Positions 9,258-18,760 of a DNA stretch of 64,000 nt are shown one piece after another. This DNA comes from Kiritimatiellia bacterium (GTDB lineage Bacteria > Verrucomicrobiota > Kiritimatiellia > RFP12 > UBA1067), in contig JBMNFY010000010.1 in the NCBI GenBank assembly GCA_050949565.1, forward strand, positions 160,001 through 224,000, given 5' to 3'. The translations under genes and the position numbers were made by a program. Under the pieces are notes generated by a model. It did not search any database. It had not been told where the DNA came from and saw nothing but the letters and a program-made list of their open reading frames with translations. Within the stretch, counting starts at the first letter, position 1. Each line of letters opens with the position of its first letter.

Positions 9258-10718
9258 TCACGAGCGCGGCGCACGTGATATTCGGCTCGCGATGAGGCGG
9301 TAGGCCAGAGCGGCCAATAGCAGGGCGCCTATGAGTTGCAACGCGCGGTGGAAGAGGTGGTCAATCAGCGCTTCGGTCTCCGCGCGGGTGCGCCGGACAA
9401 CAGGGTCGATCTGTGCCGCCAGCGCTTCGCGGCTGTTGGCGCCGAGGGTTTGGTCGAAGGTCTGGAGCAGTTCGGTCAGACGCAGCGCGGAGGCCTCAAG
9501 TCGTTCGGCTGCCTCGCTGTAGTCCTGAATGCGGAAGGGTGTGCTCTCTTCCCTTGCCGCCGCCTGTGCTGGTGGGGCGTTGCTCTTCGAGCTATCAACC
9601 CCCATCCGCTCCAGTACGCCGTCGAACGTAGCGAGCATGGTGGTGGCATTCGTGGCGAGTCCGGAGCCTGCCAGCAGAGTCTCCCGTACACCTTCCACGA
9701 GAGGCGTGAGGGTCTTTTCCTGCTCGTCGCGCAACGTCTTTACCAGAGCTTCACGCTCGGCGGCAACCTGGGACGGCAGTTGCTCGGCTGTCGTAGCGAG
9801 GCGCGAGGCGGCCTCGGCAACGTGGGATACGGTCTTCTCCATGCGGCTTGCCGCCTGCACCAGATGGGGCACGTTGGTGGTCCACATCTGGATGACGGGC
9901 TGTTCCAGCGTCGTCTGGCTGAGCAGTTCAACCTGCCAGCGCAGCAGGTAGGGCATGTTGCGCCCGACGAAGAGTGCGCGCTCGGCAAAAAGGCGTATTT
10001 CGGCGAGTTCCCGGCGGGTGGGATCGAGTTTCGCCAACGGGTCGAGCAACAGCGCTCCGAGGAGATTGACACCTTGGCCGCTACTCTGACGCCTCGCCTG
10101 CACGATCTCGATCGCCAATCCTACCGTGCGCACGCCGGGCGGCCAATCACCCGTCGAGTTCTGACGATGCCAGAGGTCGATCGCCTCGCGCAGTTCGGTC
10201 TGCTGCTCCGGCTTAAGAATCCGCTCGCAGACACTCCAGAGGCCGGTCTCGGCGTTGAGACACGTTTCCACCAGCGGCAGTGCCGTGGCACCGAAGCGCT
10301 CCGCATATCGCGGTGTCTCGAGTGACATGCGCGTCTCCATGACGAAGGCGGTCATGTCGAGGAGGTTGGCCTGGATGTTGGGCCCCGAGGCAATGGCGCA
10401 GACGGCCGAGCCCACTGCGAGCTTGCTGCGCAGCTTCTCGGTCGTCGGCATGGGCTCGCCGTTCATTTGGAGCGCGTCGATGCCCGTGGTCAAGCGACTG
10501 ATAAAATCGTCGCCAAAGCGCATCACCAACGACTGAATCTCGACTGGATCGGGACCTTCTTCTTTGGCCTGCACGCTGGGCGGGGTGACGGCGCGGACCG
10601 CCTGTCCCGGCGCATCGGCCGCGGACTGGACCACGCGGCACCCTGAAACCGCAGCGGCAACGAAGAGCAGAACCGCAACCCATTTGTAACCGACGAGGTG
10701 CTTCGTTACGGGTGTCAT
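9258..10718 (-). CDS. Hypothetical helical lipoprotein with C-terminal TM helix
   Basis: Lipobox-like AVSG-C after a hydrophobic stretch; helical body; C-terminal LQLIGALLLAALAYR. Confidence 0.7.
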   Translation of the reverse strand: MTPVTKHLVGYKWVAVLLFVAAAVSGCRVVQSAADAPGQAVRAVTPPSVQAKEEGPDPVEIQSLVMRFGDDFISRLTTGIDALQMNGEPMPTTEKLRSKLAVGSAVCAIASGPNIQANLLDMTAFVMETRMSLETPRYAERFGATALPLVETCLNAETGLWSVCERILKPEQQTELREAIDLWHRQNSTGDWPPGVRTVGLAIEIVQARRQSSGQGVNLLGALLLDPLAKLDPTRRELAEIRLFAERALFVGRNMPYLLRWQVELLSQTTLEQPVIQMWTTNVPHLVQAASRMEKTVSHVAEAASRLATTAEQLPSQVAAEREALVKTLRDEQEKTLTPLVEGVRETLLAGSGLATNATTMLATFDGVLERMGVDSSKSNAPPAQAAAREESTPFRIQDYSEAAERLEASALRLTELLQTFDQTLGANSREALAAQIDPVVRRTRAETEALIDHLFHRALQLIGALLLAALAYRLIASRISRAPRS

Positions 10719-10893
10719 TACAAATCCTTTTGCCAGGCTTGCGGAGCGCCGGAGGGACGAGCGTCTGCTCGTCCGGGCGGCGTTTCACGCCGCTTCTGAA
10801 CGCAGAACGTGGAACTCAGAACATTGAACTCAGAAGTGAAAAAACTCCCAACTCCCAAATCCTAAATCGGCAACGCGTAGCACGGCTACGCGC

Positions 10894-12090
10894 TTAGCCG
10901 TTAAAGACTTCCTTATTCACCACGGTCCAGGGCAGGCCATGTCGATTGAGGGCGTCCATGAACGGATCAGGGTCGAACTGCTCCATGTTGAAGACACCCG
11001 CGCCCTGCCAGCGGCCGGTGAGGATCATCTTTGCGCCGATCATCGCGGGCACGCCCGTCGTGTAGGAGATCGCCTGCGACTTGACCTCGCGGTAACACGC
11101 TTCGTGATCACAGATGTTGTAGATGTAGTAGGTCACGGGTTTGCCTTCCGCGTCCAGCCCCTTGACCTGACAACCGATGCAGGTCTTGCCCTTGGTCAAC
11201 GGACCGAGCGAGGCGGGATCAGGCAGGAGCGCCTTGAGGAATTGCAGCGGAACGATGTCGACGCCCTTGTAATTCACGGGGTCGATGCGCGTCATGCCGA
11301 CATTCTCCAGCACTTCGAGATGCTTGAGGTAGTTGTCCGAAAAACTCATCCAGAAACGTGCGCGCTTGAGTCCCTTGATGTGCTTGGCCAGCGACTCCAA
11401 CTCTTCGTGGTACATCAGGTAGACGTTCATCGAACCGAGATCCTCGGGCAATGTGAAGGGGGCCTTGACGGAGAGCGGGTCGGTCTCTTTCCACTCACCT
11501 TCCTGCCAGTAACGGCCCTTGGCCGTGACTTCGCGGATGTTGATCTCTGGATTGAAGTTCGTCGCGAAGGGCTGGCCGTGGTTGCCGGCGTTGCAGTCGA
11601 TGATGTCGATCTCGTGGATCTCGGGCACATAGTGCTTCTGCAGGTAGGTGCAGAAGACGCTGGTGACGCCGGGATCGAAACCCGAGCCGAGCAGGGCGGT
11701 CAACCCCGCTTTCTTGAAGTCGTCATGATACGCCCACTGCCAGTGGTACTCGAACTTCGCGGTGTCGCGCGGTTCGTAGTTCGCGGTATCAAGGTAGTGC
11801 ACGCCGGCCTCAAGGCAGGCGTCCATGATGTGCAGGTCTTGATAGGGGAGGGCCACGTTGATCACGAGATCGGGGCGGTGCTTCTTGAGCAGGGCCACGG
11901 TCTCAGGCACGTTGTCGGCGTCGACCTGTGCGGTGGTGATCGGACGGGGGAGCTGCGCCGCGATCGCGTCGCATTTGCTCAGGGTACGTGACGCGAGCAC
12001 GATCTCCTCGAACACCTCGGGGACCTGCGCACATTTATGGGCAACGACTGCGCCGACACCGCCGGCGCCGATGATCATCACTTTTGCCAT
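10894..12090 (-). CDS. Saccharopine dehydrogenase family protein, probable carboxy(nor)spermidine dehydrogenase/synthase
   Basis: IIGAGGVG, NVALPYQDL, YLDTANYEP, GSGFDPG, FATNFNPEINIRE, YHEELESL, QAISYTTGVPAMIGA. Confidence 0.9.
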   Translation of the reverse strand: MAKVMIIGAGGVGAVVAHKCAQVPEVFEEIVLASRTLSKCDAIAAQLPRPITTAQVDADNVPETVALLKKHRPDLVINVALPYQDLHIMDACLEAGVHYLDTANYEPRDTAKFEYHWQWAYHDDFKKAGLTALLGSGFDPGVTSVFCTYLQKHYVPEIHEIDIIDCNAGNHGQPFATNFNPEINIREVTAKGRYWQEGEWKETDPLSVKAPFTLPEDLGSMNVYLMYHEELESLAKHIKGLKRARFWMSFSDNYLKHLEVLENVGMTRIDPVNYKGVDIVPLQFLKALLPDPASLGPLTKGKTCIGCQVKGLDAEGKPVTYYIYNICDHEACYREVKSQAISYTTGVPAMIGAKMILTGRWQGAGVFNMEQFDPDPFMDALNRHGLPWTVVNKEVFNG

Positions 12091-12345
12091 CTGAAAAATC
12101 CTCGTTCGGGGTTAAAGGTCCGGGTGATTGTCGTGAGCCAGGCATGCCAAGGCATGCGGACATTCACCACTGCCCGTCATTATATGAAAAGGGGGCTGAA
12201 AAAGCAAACGAACGACGAGGGATTTAGAAGAACGCGGAGCCGAAGCCGATTCGTGTATTGATTTCTGGCCCGTTGTTCCCTACACTGGAACCTATGTCGC
12301 GGCGGTCTGTCAGAGCCGCCTGTTAAAGAAAGGGGAGATGTTTGC

Positions 12346-14205
12346 GTGAATCGTTTTACAGGAATCTTTGTGTCCATCGGGCTTGCCGCCGGTTTTGCGG
12401 TTGCGGAGCGCACCGCGCCAGCCGTTTTTCATGTCGATAGCGAAGCGGGGAATGACAGCGCGGAGGGCACGCGGCCCGATGCCGCGTGGCGTACGCTCGA
12501 CAAGGTTAACACGGCCACGCTCATTCCCGGCGACCGGGTGCTCTTCAAATGCGGCGGACTCTGGCGCGGGCAGCTCATGCCGAAGAGCGGTACGCCCGAT
12601 GCGCGCATTCTCTATGGCGCTTACGGTGAAGGCGCCAAACCGATCCTGCAAGGTTCTGTGGCCCGCGATCAGGCCGACGAGTGGAGCGAAGAGCGCCCCG
12701 GTCTCTGGGCCACCCGAAAACTTGAGCCGCGCCTGATTGGTCAGGGCACGGACCTGCGCGGTGCGACGTGGAGCAAGCACAACGAGGCTGGTGCCGCCGT
12801 GCGTATTGAGCGCGTGCAGGAAGAGGGCGCGACCTTCACCCGTGTCACCTGCGAGGCTCCCGGCAAGGCCAGCAATCACATCCAACTCTGGGGACCGGCG
12901 GTGACGCAACCCGCGCCCTGCATGATGCTGCGGTTGCGCGTCCGTTCGTCGCTCCCCTTCACACTGGAGTCTGTGCGGGCCATCCTCAACCGTTCGCCTT
13001 ATACCACTGCCCTCGCCGGCCAGAAGCGGACCGAAGTCGGCGCGGCATGGCAGACCATCGATGTGCTCCTGATGAAGCATGAGGCGGTCGCCGAAGCACC
13101 GCGTCTACACATCAACTTGGGTGACATCCTGCCCGCCGGTGCGGTGTTTGATTTCGAGACGCTCGGGCTGTGGGAGGCGAGCATCGAGCATTGCAAGCCG
13201 ATCCCCATGGACGTCGGCATCGTGATCCTCAACCACGGCGAGAAGTGGGGCGTCAAGAAGTGGTCGCTGGAGGATATCAAGTCACCGCTGGACTACTGGT
13301 ACGATCCCGAAGGGAAACGGATTTTCCTGGCGTGGTCCGCCAATCCCGCCGAGGCTTTCAATAGCGTGGAATTGGCGCTTACACGCCACATCATCAATCA
13401 AGGCGGCAGGCACGACATCACGTACGACGGACTCGCTGTCCGTTACGGCGCGGCGCACGGATTCGGCGGCGGTAGCACCCGGAACATCACCATCCGCAAC
13501 TGTGACGTCTCGTGGATCGGCGGCGGCCTGCAATATTGGAGGACACGCGATAACGGCACCCGCTATCCGGTGCGTTTCGGCAACGGCATTGAGTTCTGGG
13601 GGCATGCCCATGACCATGTGGTCGAGTACAACCGTCTGTGGCAGATCTACGACGCCGCGCTCACCAACCAAGGCCGCGATGACGACGAGATCGGCATTAT
13701 CTACCGCCACAACATCATCTGGCAGGCCGAATATTCCTTCGAGTTCTGGAACCGTGGCCGTACCGAGAACATCCTCTTCGAGTTTAACACCTGCGTGGAT
13801 GCCGGCGATTGTTGGTCGCACAATCAGCGGCCGGACCCCAACGGCGCGCATCTGATGTTCTACAACAACCGTTCGGCAACCACCAACTTCGTGATCCGCA
13901 ACAACATCTTCTGCCGCAGCAGCGACCGCTGCACGCGCATGTTCAATGACTGGCGCGAAGGGCTGACCCTAAACAACAACCTCTACTGGTCGCCGGACAA
14001 GCCGATCATGCGCTGGATGGAAAAGACGAATTACGAGCAATCGGACTTCGTCCGTTACCAGTCGGAGTTGGGGATGGATCAAGCTTCGCTCGTTGGCGAA
14101 CCGCAGTTCGTGAATCCCGCCGCCCGCGATTACCGCCTCAAGCCGGGCTCGCCCGGTAGCACGCTCGCGACCGACGGCGGACCGGTCGGCGCGCGCTGGC
14201 AGTGA
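12346..14205 (+). CDS. Secreted right-handed parallel beta-helix protein (polysaccharide lyase-like) with inserted CBM-like domain
   Basis: Signal peptide; FHVDSEAGNDSAEG...AWRTLDKVN...PGDRVLFK; GNGIEFW; repeated xxNNIF turns; DYRLKPGSP C-terminus. Confidence 0.8.
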   Translation: MNRFTGIFVSIGLAAGFAVAERTAPAVFHVDSEAGNDSAEGTRPDAAWRTLDKVNTATLIPGDRVLFKCGGLWRGQLMPKSGTPDARILYGAYGEGAKPILQGSVARDQADEWSEERPGLWATRKLEPRLIGQGTDLRGATWSKHNEAGAAVRIERVQEEGATFTRVTCEAPGKASNHIQLWGPAVTQPAPCMMLRLRVRSSLPFTLESVRAILNRSPYTTALAGQKRTEVGAAWQTIDVLLMKHEAVAEAPRLHINLGDILPAGAVFDFETLGLWEASIEHCKPIPMDVGIVILNHGEKWGVKKWSLEDIKSPLDYWYDPEGKRIFLAWSANPAEAFNSVELALTRHIINQGGRHDITYDGLAVRYGAAHGFGGGSTRNITIRNCDVSWIGGGLQYWRTRDNGTRYPVRFGNGIEFWGHAHDHVVEYNRLWQIYDAALTNQGRDDDEIGIIYRHNIIWQAEYSFEFWNRGRTENILFEFNTCVDAGDCWSHNQRPDPNGAHLMFYNNRSATTNFVIRNNIFCRSSDRCTRMFNDWREGLTLNNNLYWSPDKPIMRWMEKTNYEQSDFVRYQSELGMDQASLVGEPQFVNPAARDYRLKPGSPGSTLATDGGPVGARWQ

Positions 14206-14220
14206 GCATCTGAAGACCCA

Positions 14221-14249
14221 TTGACAACCCGTCCCGATTTAGCTACCTT
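14221..14249 (+). promoter_or_regulatory. Sigma70-type promoter for the small Cys-rich peptide gene
   Basis: TTGACA (14221-14226), 17 bp spacer, TACCTT (14244-14249). Confidence 0.65.
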
Positions 14250-14313
14250 TAACGCCATCTGAGACGCTTCAGATTTAGGACCGCTGGAGCGTCGAAGCGA
14301 TAGGAGACGACAC

Positions 14314-14562
14314 ATGAAGCGTATCGTGACAATGATGGCTCTGGCCGTAGCAATGACGGCATCGGTGGCAGTGGCGCAATGCCCGGCTGCCTGCCCGAAA
14401 GCGAAAAAGGCCACACCCAAATGCGAGACGAGCGAGTGCCCGGCACAGGTCAAACAGGCCGACGGTAAATGCGACAAGCAGGCGCAGTGCCCGAAAGCCA
14501 AGGAATGCCCGAAGGCCAAGAAGGGTGCAGCCAAGAAAGGCAATTGCCCTAAAAAGTCCTGA
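14314..14562 (+). CDS. Small secreted Cys/Lys/Pro-rich peptide
   Basis: RBS AGGAGA, signal peptide ending AVA-Q, 8 Cys with CPKAK repeats; own promoter and terminator. Confidence 0.8.
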   Translation: MKRIVTMMALAVAMTASVAVAQCPAACPKAKKATPKCETSECPAQVKQADGKCDKQAQCPKAKECPKAKKGAAKKGNCPKKS

Positions 14563-14584
14563 GTACGCGTGACTCGATAGGAAT

Positions 14585-14623
14585 GACCACGTGGGACTGC
14601 GTAAGGTCCTGCGTGGTTTTTTT
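14585..14623 (+). terminator. Rho-independent terminator
   Basis: Stem ACCACGTGGGAC/GTCCTGCGTGGT followed by a T run. Confidence 0.8.
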
Positions 14624-14650
14624 ATGGCGCGAATCCATGTTGGCGCAACA

Positions 14651-14679
14651 TTGACAACCACGGTCGCGCGCATTACCAT
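14651..14679 (+). promoter_or_regulatory. Sigma70-type promoter
   Basis: TTGACA (14651-14656), 17 bp spacer, TACCAT (14674-14679), 35 bp upstream of ATG 14715. Confidence 0.65.
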
Positions 14680-14714
14680 TAGCCTTTCAAGTTGCTCCAG
14701 CAAGGTCATTTTCT

Positions 14715-17700
14715 ATGGTGCCCACAAACAAACTCCCGCCTGAACTGGCAGGCCGATTGAGGCGTCTAATCCGCCGCGTAAGGCTTTTGATGCTGACGCG
14801 CGGCCTGCTGGCGGTCGCGGCAGTGGCCACGGGCGCGATACTGACCGTGATGGCGATCGACGCGGCGGTGGTGCTGGCGCATCCGGCCGCGCGCTGGGCG
14901 TTTTCATTGGCGGGGTTGACCCTGACCGTCGCTGCGGCTTGGTCGATGCTGGTGGTGCCGCTCGCTCGCCCTTTGACGTTGACGCGCATGGCCCGCGTAT
15001 TGGAAACACGTCACCCCGAGATGCAGGAGCGTATCAGTTCGGCACTGGACCTGGCGACCTGTGGCGGTACGGATGCGGAATGGGCCTCCCGCGAGTTGGT
15101 CGCCTTGCTGACGCAAGAGGCGAAGAGCGATCTGGCCGATGTGTCGCCGCGCCGTGAGTTCAGCGTGCGGACGGTCAAACCTTTCTTGTTGCTGGCGGTC
15201 GCGGCGTTGTTGGTACTGGGTGTGCTTCTTGCTGTCTGGCCGCAACAAGGCTGGCTGTTGCTGATGCGGGCACTTGCGCCGCACCGCGAGTTCGATACGC
15301 TACAAGCTAGCGCCCTACAGATCGAACCCGGCGATGTGATGCTGCTGGCCGGCAAGCCGCTGCGTTTTGAGGTCGTGGCGCCCGAACGGCACGGCCTGCG
15401 TGCCGAGATTCACTTCCAGCGGACGGACGGACGCAAGACCGTGGAGCGCATGAAACGGCTGTCAGCGCCGGGTGCCGATCCCGTGACGTATGAACTGGAC
15501 CTGCCGTCGGTGGAGGAAGGATTCGAGTACCGCGTGCGCTACGGTAACGCTTGGACAAGGCCGTACACGATTCTGGTGGTCACGGCGCCCTGTGTGCGTG
15601 AGACGCGGGTGGCGTATACGTTTCCGGCCTACACCGGACTGGCTGCCACGCAGACCGTGGGCGTGGTGCAGGAGATCGCGGCACCGGCTGGCACGCGTGT
15701 GCGCATCGAAGCGGCGTTTGACCGTGCCTGCGCGGCGTCGTTCATCGTAAACGATTTGGCCTTGCCGAATCCCGGCGGTACGGCCACCAACGCAGTATGG
15801 CTGCAAACGTTGACGACCAACCGCACCGGGCGCTGGACACTCGCATTGCGCGATACGCACGGCTTCACCAATTGTCCGTCATGGTCCGCCTACACGGCGT
15901 GGCCGGACCGCCCGCCCGTAATCACGCTGGAACATCCCGAGGCATCGCGCCTGAGTCTGCCGCCGTATGACCGGCTCGTCTGCACCGGCCGCGCGACGGA
16001 CGATTACGGTTTCAGTGCCCTGACACTGGTAATCAAGGCCGAGAAACGCCCCGAGATCAGCCAGCCGCTTTCGGTGTCGGCACCCGGTGCCGTCAGCACC
16101 GAAGTTTCGGGCGGCCCGGACCTGCAAGCATTGTACGATAGCGGTGTGCGTACGTTCACGCTCTGTTTCCGCGCGGCGGACAACCAGCCGCCTGAGTTGG
16201 GCGGGCCGCAAGTCCGCGAGAGCCGCGCGATTACAGTGTATTTGAAAACAGACGCGCGCACGCTGCGCGAGCAGGTCCGCGAGGCGGCGAAGAAGGCTTT
16301 AGAGGGACAGTTGCGCAAAGCCGCGCAAGAGCTGAACGAGGCGGCGAACCGTGTCGCGCAGGAAAAGTGGTCCTACGACCGTCCCGAATTGACGGAGCGG
16401 GCGGCCGCGAAGTTGGAGCAGGCGCGCGGCGATGTTCTGCAAGCTGCGGAGCGTTTGTCGCAGACGGCGGAGCAGAGCGAGAAGACGCCTTTCGAAGCTT
16501 TCGCTGAGGCGATCCTCGACACGCGCGACACGAAGGTCGAGCCGGCGTTTCAAAAGCTGGAGCAGATTCCTTTGGCTACGTCGGAGACGCGCAAGCAGAC
16601 AGGCGAGGAGGCCGAACGCGCGCTACGCGAAGCGGCTGAAAAGGTCAATGATCTGGTCAACCGCGCGTTGCAGGAGGAGAGCCGTCAGCAGGAAGCGTTG
16701 AGTCGGTTGGCCGAGGTGGCGCAACGCGAGCAGGCGTTGGCGCAGGAGGCGACGGATGCCCCGCTGGACCGGCAGCAGATGCAGCAGTGGGTGAACCGGC
16801 AGAACGAGGCCGAACAGAAGATGTGGCAGGCCAAGCCACAGGTCGAAGAGCCGACGTTTAATGCGGCGTTGGAAGAGATTCGTCAAGCGCGTCAAGCCAT
16901 GCTGACGGCGCAACAGGCGTTGACGCCGGAACAGGAACAGGCATTGAAGCGGCAAGCCGCCGCACAGGCCAAGGCCGAGGAAGCGGCGCGTCTGGCGCAG
17001 GAAGCCGCACGCGAAGCATTGGAAGCGAACGTGCAGGCCGAAGCCGCAGCGGAAAACCGGGCGGTGACGGAAGCGTTGCAACAGGCGGCAGAGCAGAGCG
17101 CGCATGCCGCAGAGCAGGCTCAGGAGGCGGCACAGACCGCCGAAAAAGCCGCCGAACAACGCGCCGCCAATGAAGCGGTGGCAGATGCTGCCGAGCGGCA
17201 GGCGATTGCTGAACGGGCCGCGCGTGCCGCCGAGCAAGCGGCACAGGCCGCCGAGCAAGTCGGCGAGGGGACCGAGCAGGCGCGGCAAGCGACCGAGGCG
17301 CGTCAGGCCGGCCAGCAGGATCAAGCGAACGCGGCACAGGAAAAGAGCGGACAGGCGGCGGATGCCGCGACCGAACAGGCCGCGCAAGCCAATGCGGAAG
17401 CGGTGGAAGCCGCGCGCGAGGCCGCCGAACACGCCGGCATGGAGCAGGCTCAGGAGGCGGCGCAACTCGCCTCGGAATCGGCGACCATGACCCAGCGTGC
17501 CGCTGAATTGGCACGCGAGGCGACACAGGCCGCCGAACAGGCTGCCGCTCTTCCGGAAGAGCAGCGCGGCGCGGCGTTTAATGAGGCGCAGGGGTTGGCG
17601 GAACAGTCGAAGCAGGTGGCGGACGAGGCACGCGAAAAGGCGACGCAAGCGGCTGAGCAGGCGCGGCAGCAACTAGAGAAACTGGCACAGGAAGCACAGG

Positions 17701-18749
17701 CCGCGGCTGCACGCCAAGCACCGTCCGAGGCAGTGGCCGAACAGGCGCGTGAAGCGGTACAGCAGGCACAAGAGGCGGCGACGCAAGCGCAGAAGGCGGT
17801 AGCCGCCGCCGCCGATGCGGTCGAGGCATCGCAAGCGGCGGGACCCTTGTCCCAAGTGCTGGCTGAACAATTGGCCGAGGCCGCCGAGTTGGCCGGACAG
17901 GCCGCCGAGTTGGCCGAGACATCGGGCGAGCGCACGGCACAGGCCGAAGCGCAGCAGATGAGCGAGGCACAGGAACGCGCCGCCACCAGCCAGGCGTTGG
18001 AGGAGGCGCGGCAGGCGGCACGTCTGGCGGCTGAGGCGGCCGCACTGGCACAGCAGAGTACGCAGCAGGCGACCGACCGTCTGGACGGCATGAAACAGGC
18101 GGCGGCGGAAGCGGCAAAGTCGGCGGCGCAACGGGCGACCGAGGCGGCGCGCGAGGCGCAGCAGGCCGGACGGTTGGCCGAGAACGCAAAGAACCCCGAC
18201 TTGCAGGAAGCTGCGCGTCAGGGAGGTGAAGCGGCGACGCTGAGCGGTGAGGCGGCGGCTCTGGCCGAGCAGGCGCTACAGACGCTCGAACAAGCGACCG
18301 CTGCTACCGATGATCAGGCGCAAAATCAGGCGCGTGAAGGGCAAGCGAAAGCCCGGCAGGCTCTGGAATTGGCGCAGCACGCCGAACAGCAGGCCGACGC
18401 TCAAACCGAGCCGGTCAATGCGCAACAGCTTGCCGCTGCCGAAAAAGCCGACGCGGCGGCGGAACGTCTGGCGGCGGTGCTAGGTACGCACCAAGAGCGA
18501 CAGGCCGCAGCTTGGGCACAGGCGCAGGCGCGTCTGGACGGCGTTGCGCGGCGTGCGGTGACCGGACGTGGCGCGGGCGGTCAGGACGCCGCACGCCACA
18601 TACCGCTCAATCCGGCATGGATTCGCTTCCGTGGCGAATTAGGGTCGGAAGCCTATGCGGAGATGTTGAAAAAAACACCGGCCGAATACCGTGAGTTGGT
18701 AAAGCGTTATTTTGAAGAACTGGCCCGCGAAGGCGACGGCCAAAAATAG
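14715..18749 (+). CDS. Large membrane-anchored coiled-coil protein (DUF4175-like)
   Basis: N-terminal TM helices, HPEMQERISSAL, Ig-like middle with YTFPAYTG and ATDDYG, long A/E/Q coiled coil, C-terminal PAEYRELVKRYFEEL. Confidence 0.78.
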   Translation: MVPTNKLPPELAGRLRRLIRRVRLLMLTRGLLAVAAVATGAILTVMAIDAAVVLAHPAARWAFSLAGLTLTVAAAWSMLVVPLARPLTLTRMARVLETRHPEMQERISSALDLATCGGTDAEWASRELVALLTQEAKSDLADVSPRREFSVRTVKPFLLLAVAALLVLGVLLAVWPQQGWLLLMRALAPHREFDTLQASALQIEPGDVMLLAGKPLRFEVVAPERHGLRAEIHFQRTDGRKTVERMKRLSAPGADPVTYELDLPSVEEGFEYRVRYGNAWTRPYTILVVTAPCVRETRVAYTFPAYTGLAATQTVGVVQEIAAPAGTRVRIEAAFDRACAASFIVNDLALPNPGGTATNAVWLQTLTTNRTGRWTLALRDTHGFTNCPSWSAYTAWPDRPPVITLEHPEASRLSLPPYDRLVCTGRATDDYGFSALTLVIKAEKRPEISQPLSVSAPGAVSTEVSGGPDLQALYDSGVRTFTLCFRAADNQPPELGGPQVRESRAITVYLKTDARTLREQVREAAKKALEGQLRKAAQELNEAANRVAQEKWSYDRPELTERAAAKLEQARGDVLQAAERLSQTAEQSEKTPFEAFAEAILDTRDTKVEPAFQKLEQIPLATSETRKQTGEEAERALREAAEKVNDLVNRALQEESRQQEALSRLAEVAQREQALAQEATDAPLDRQQMQQWVNRQNEAEQKMWQAKPQVEEPTFNAALEEIRQARQAMLTAQQALTPEQEQALKRQAAAQAKAEEAARLAQEAAREALEANVQAEAAAENRAVTEALQQAAEQSAHAAEQAQEAAQTAEKAAEQRAANEAVADAAERQAIAERAARAAEQAAQAAEQVGEGTEQARQATEARQAGQQDQANAAQEKSGQAADAATEQAAQANAEAVEAAREAAEHAGMEQAQEAAQLASESATMTQRAAELAREATQAAEQAAALPEEQRGAAFNEAQGLAEQSKQVADEAREKATQAAEQARQQLEKLAQEAQAAAARQAPSEAVAEQAREAVQQAQEAATQAQKAVAAAADAVEASQAAGPLSQVLAEQLAEAAELAGQAAELAETSGERTAQAEAQQMSEAQERAATSQALEEARQAARLAAEAAALAQQSTQQATDRLDGMKQAAAEAAKSAAQRATEAAREAQQAGRLAENAKNPDLQEAARQGGEAATLSGEAAALAEQALQTLEQATAATDDQAQNQAREGQAKARQALELAQHAEQQADAQTEPVNAQQLAAAEKADAAAERLAAVLGTHQERQAAAWAQAQARLDGVARRAVTGRGAGGQDAARHIPLNPAWIRFRGELGSEAYAEMLKKTPAEYRELVKRYFEELAREGDGQK

Positions 18750-18760
18750 GGAGGACCATC

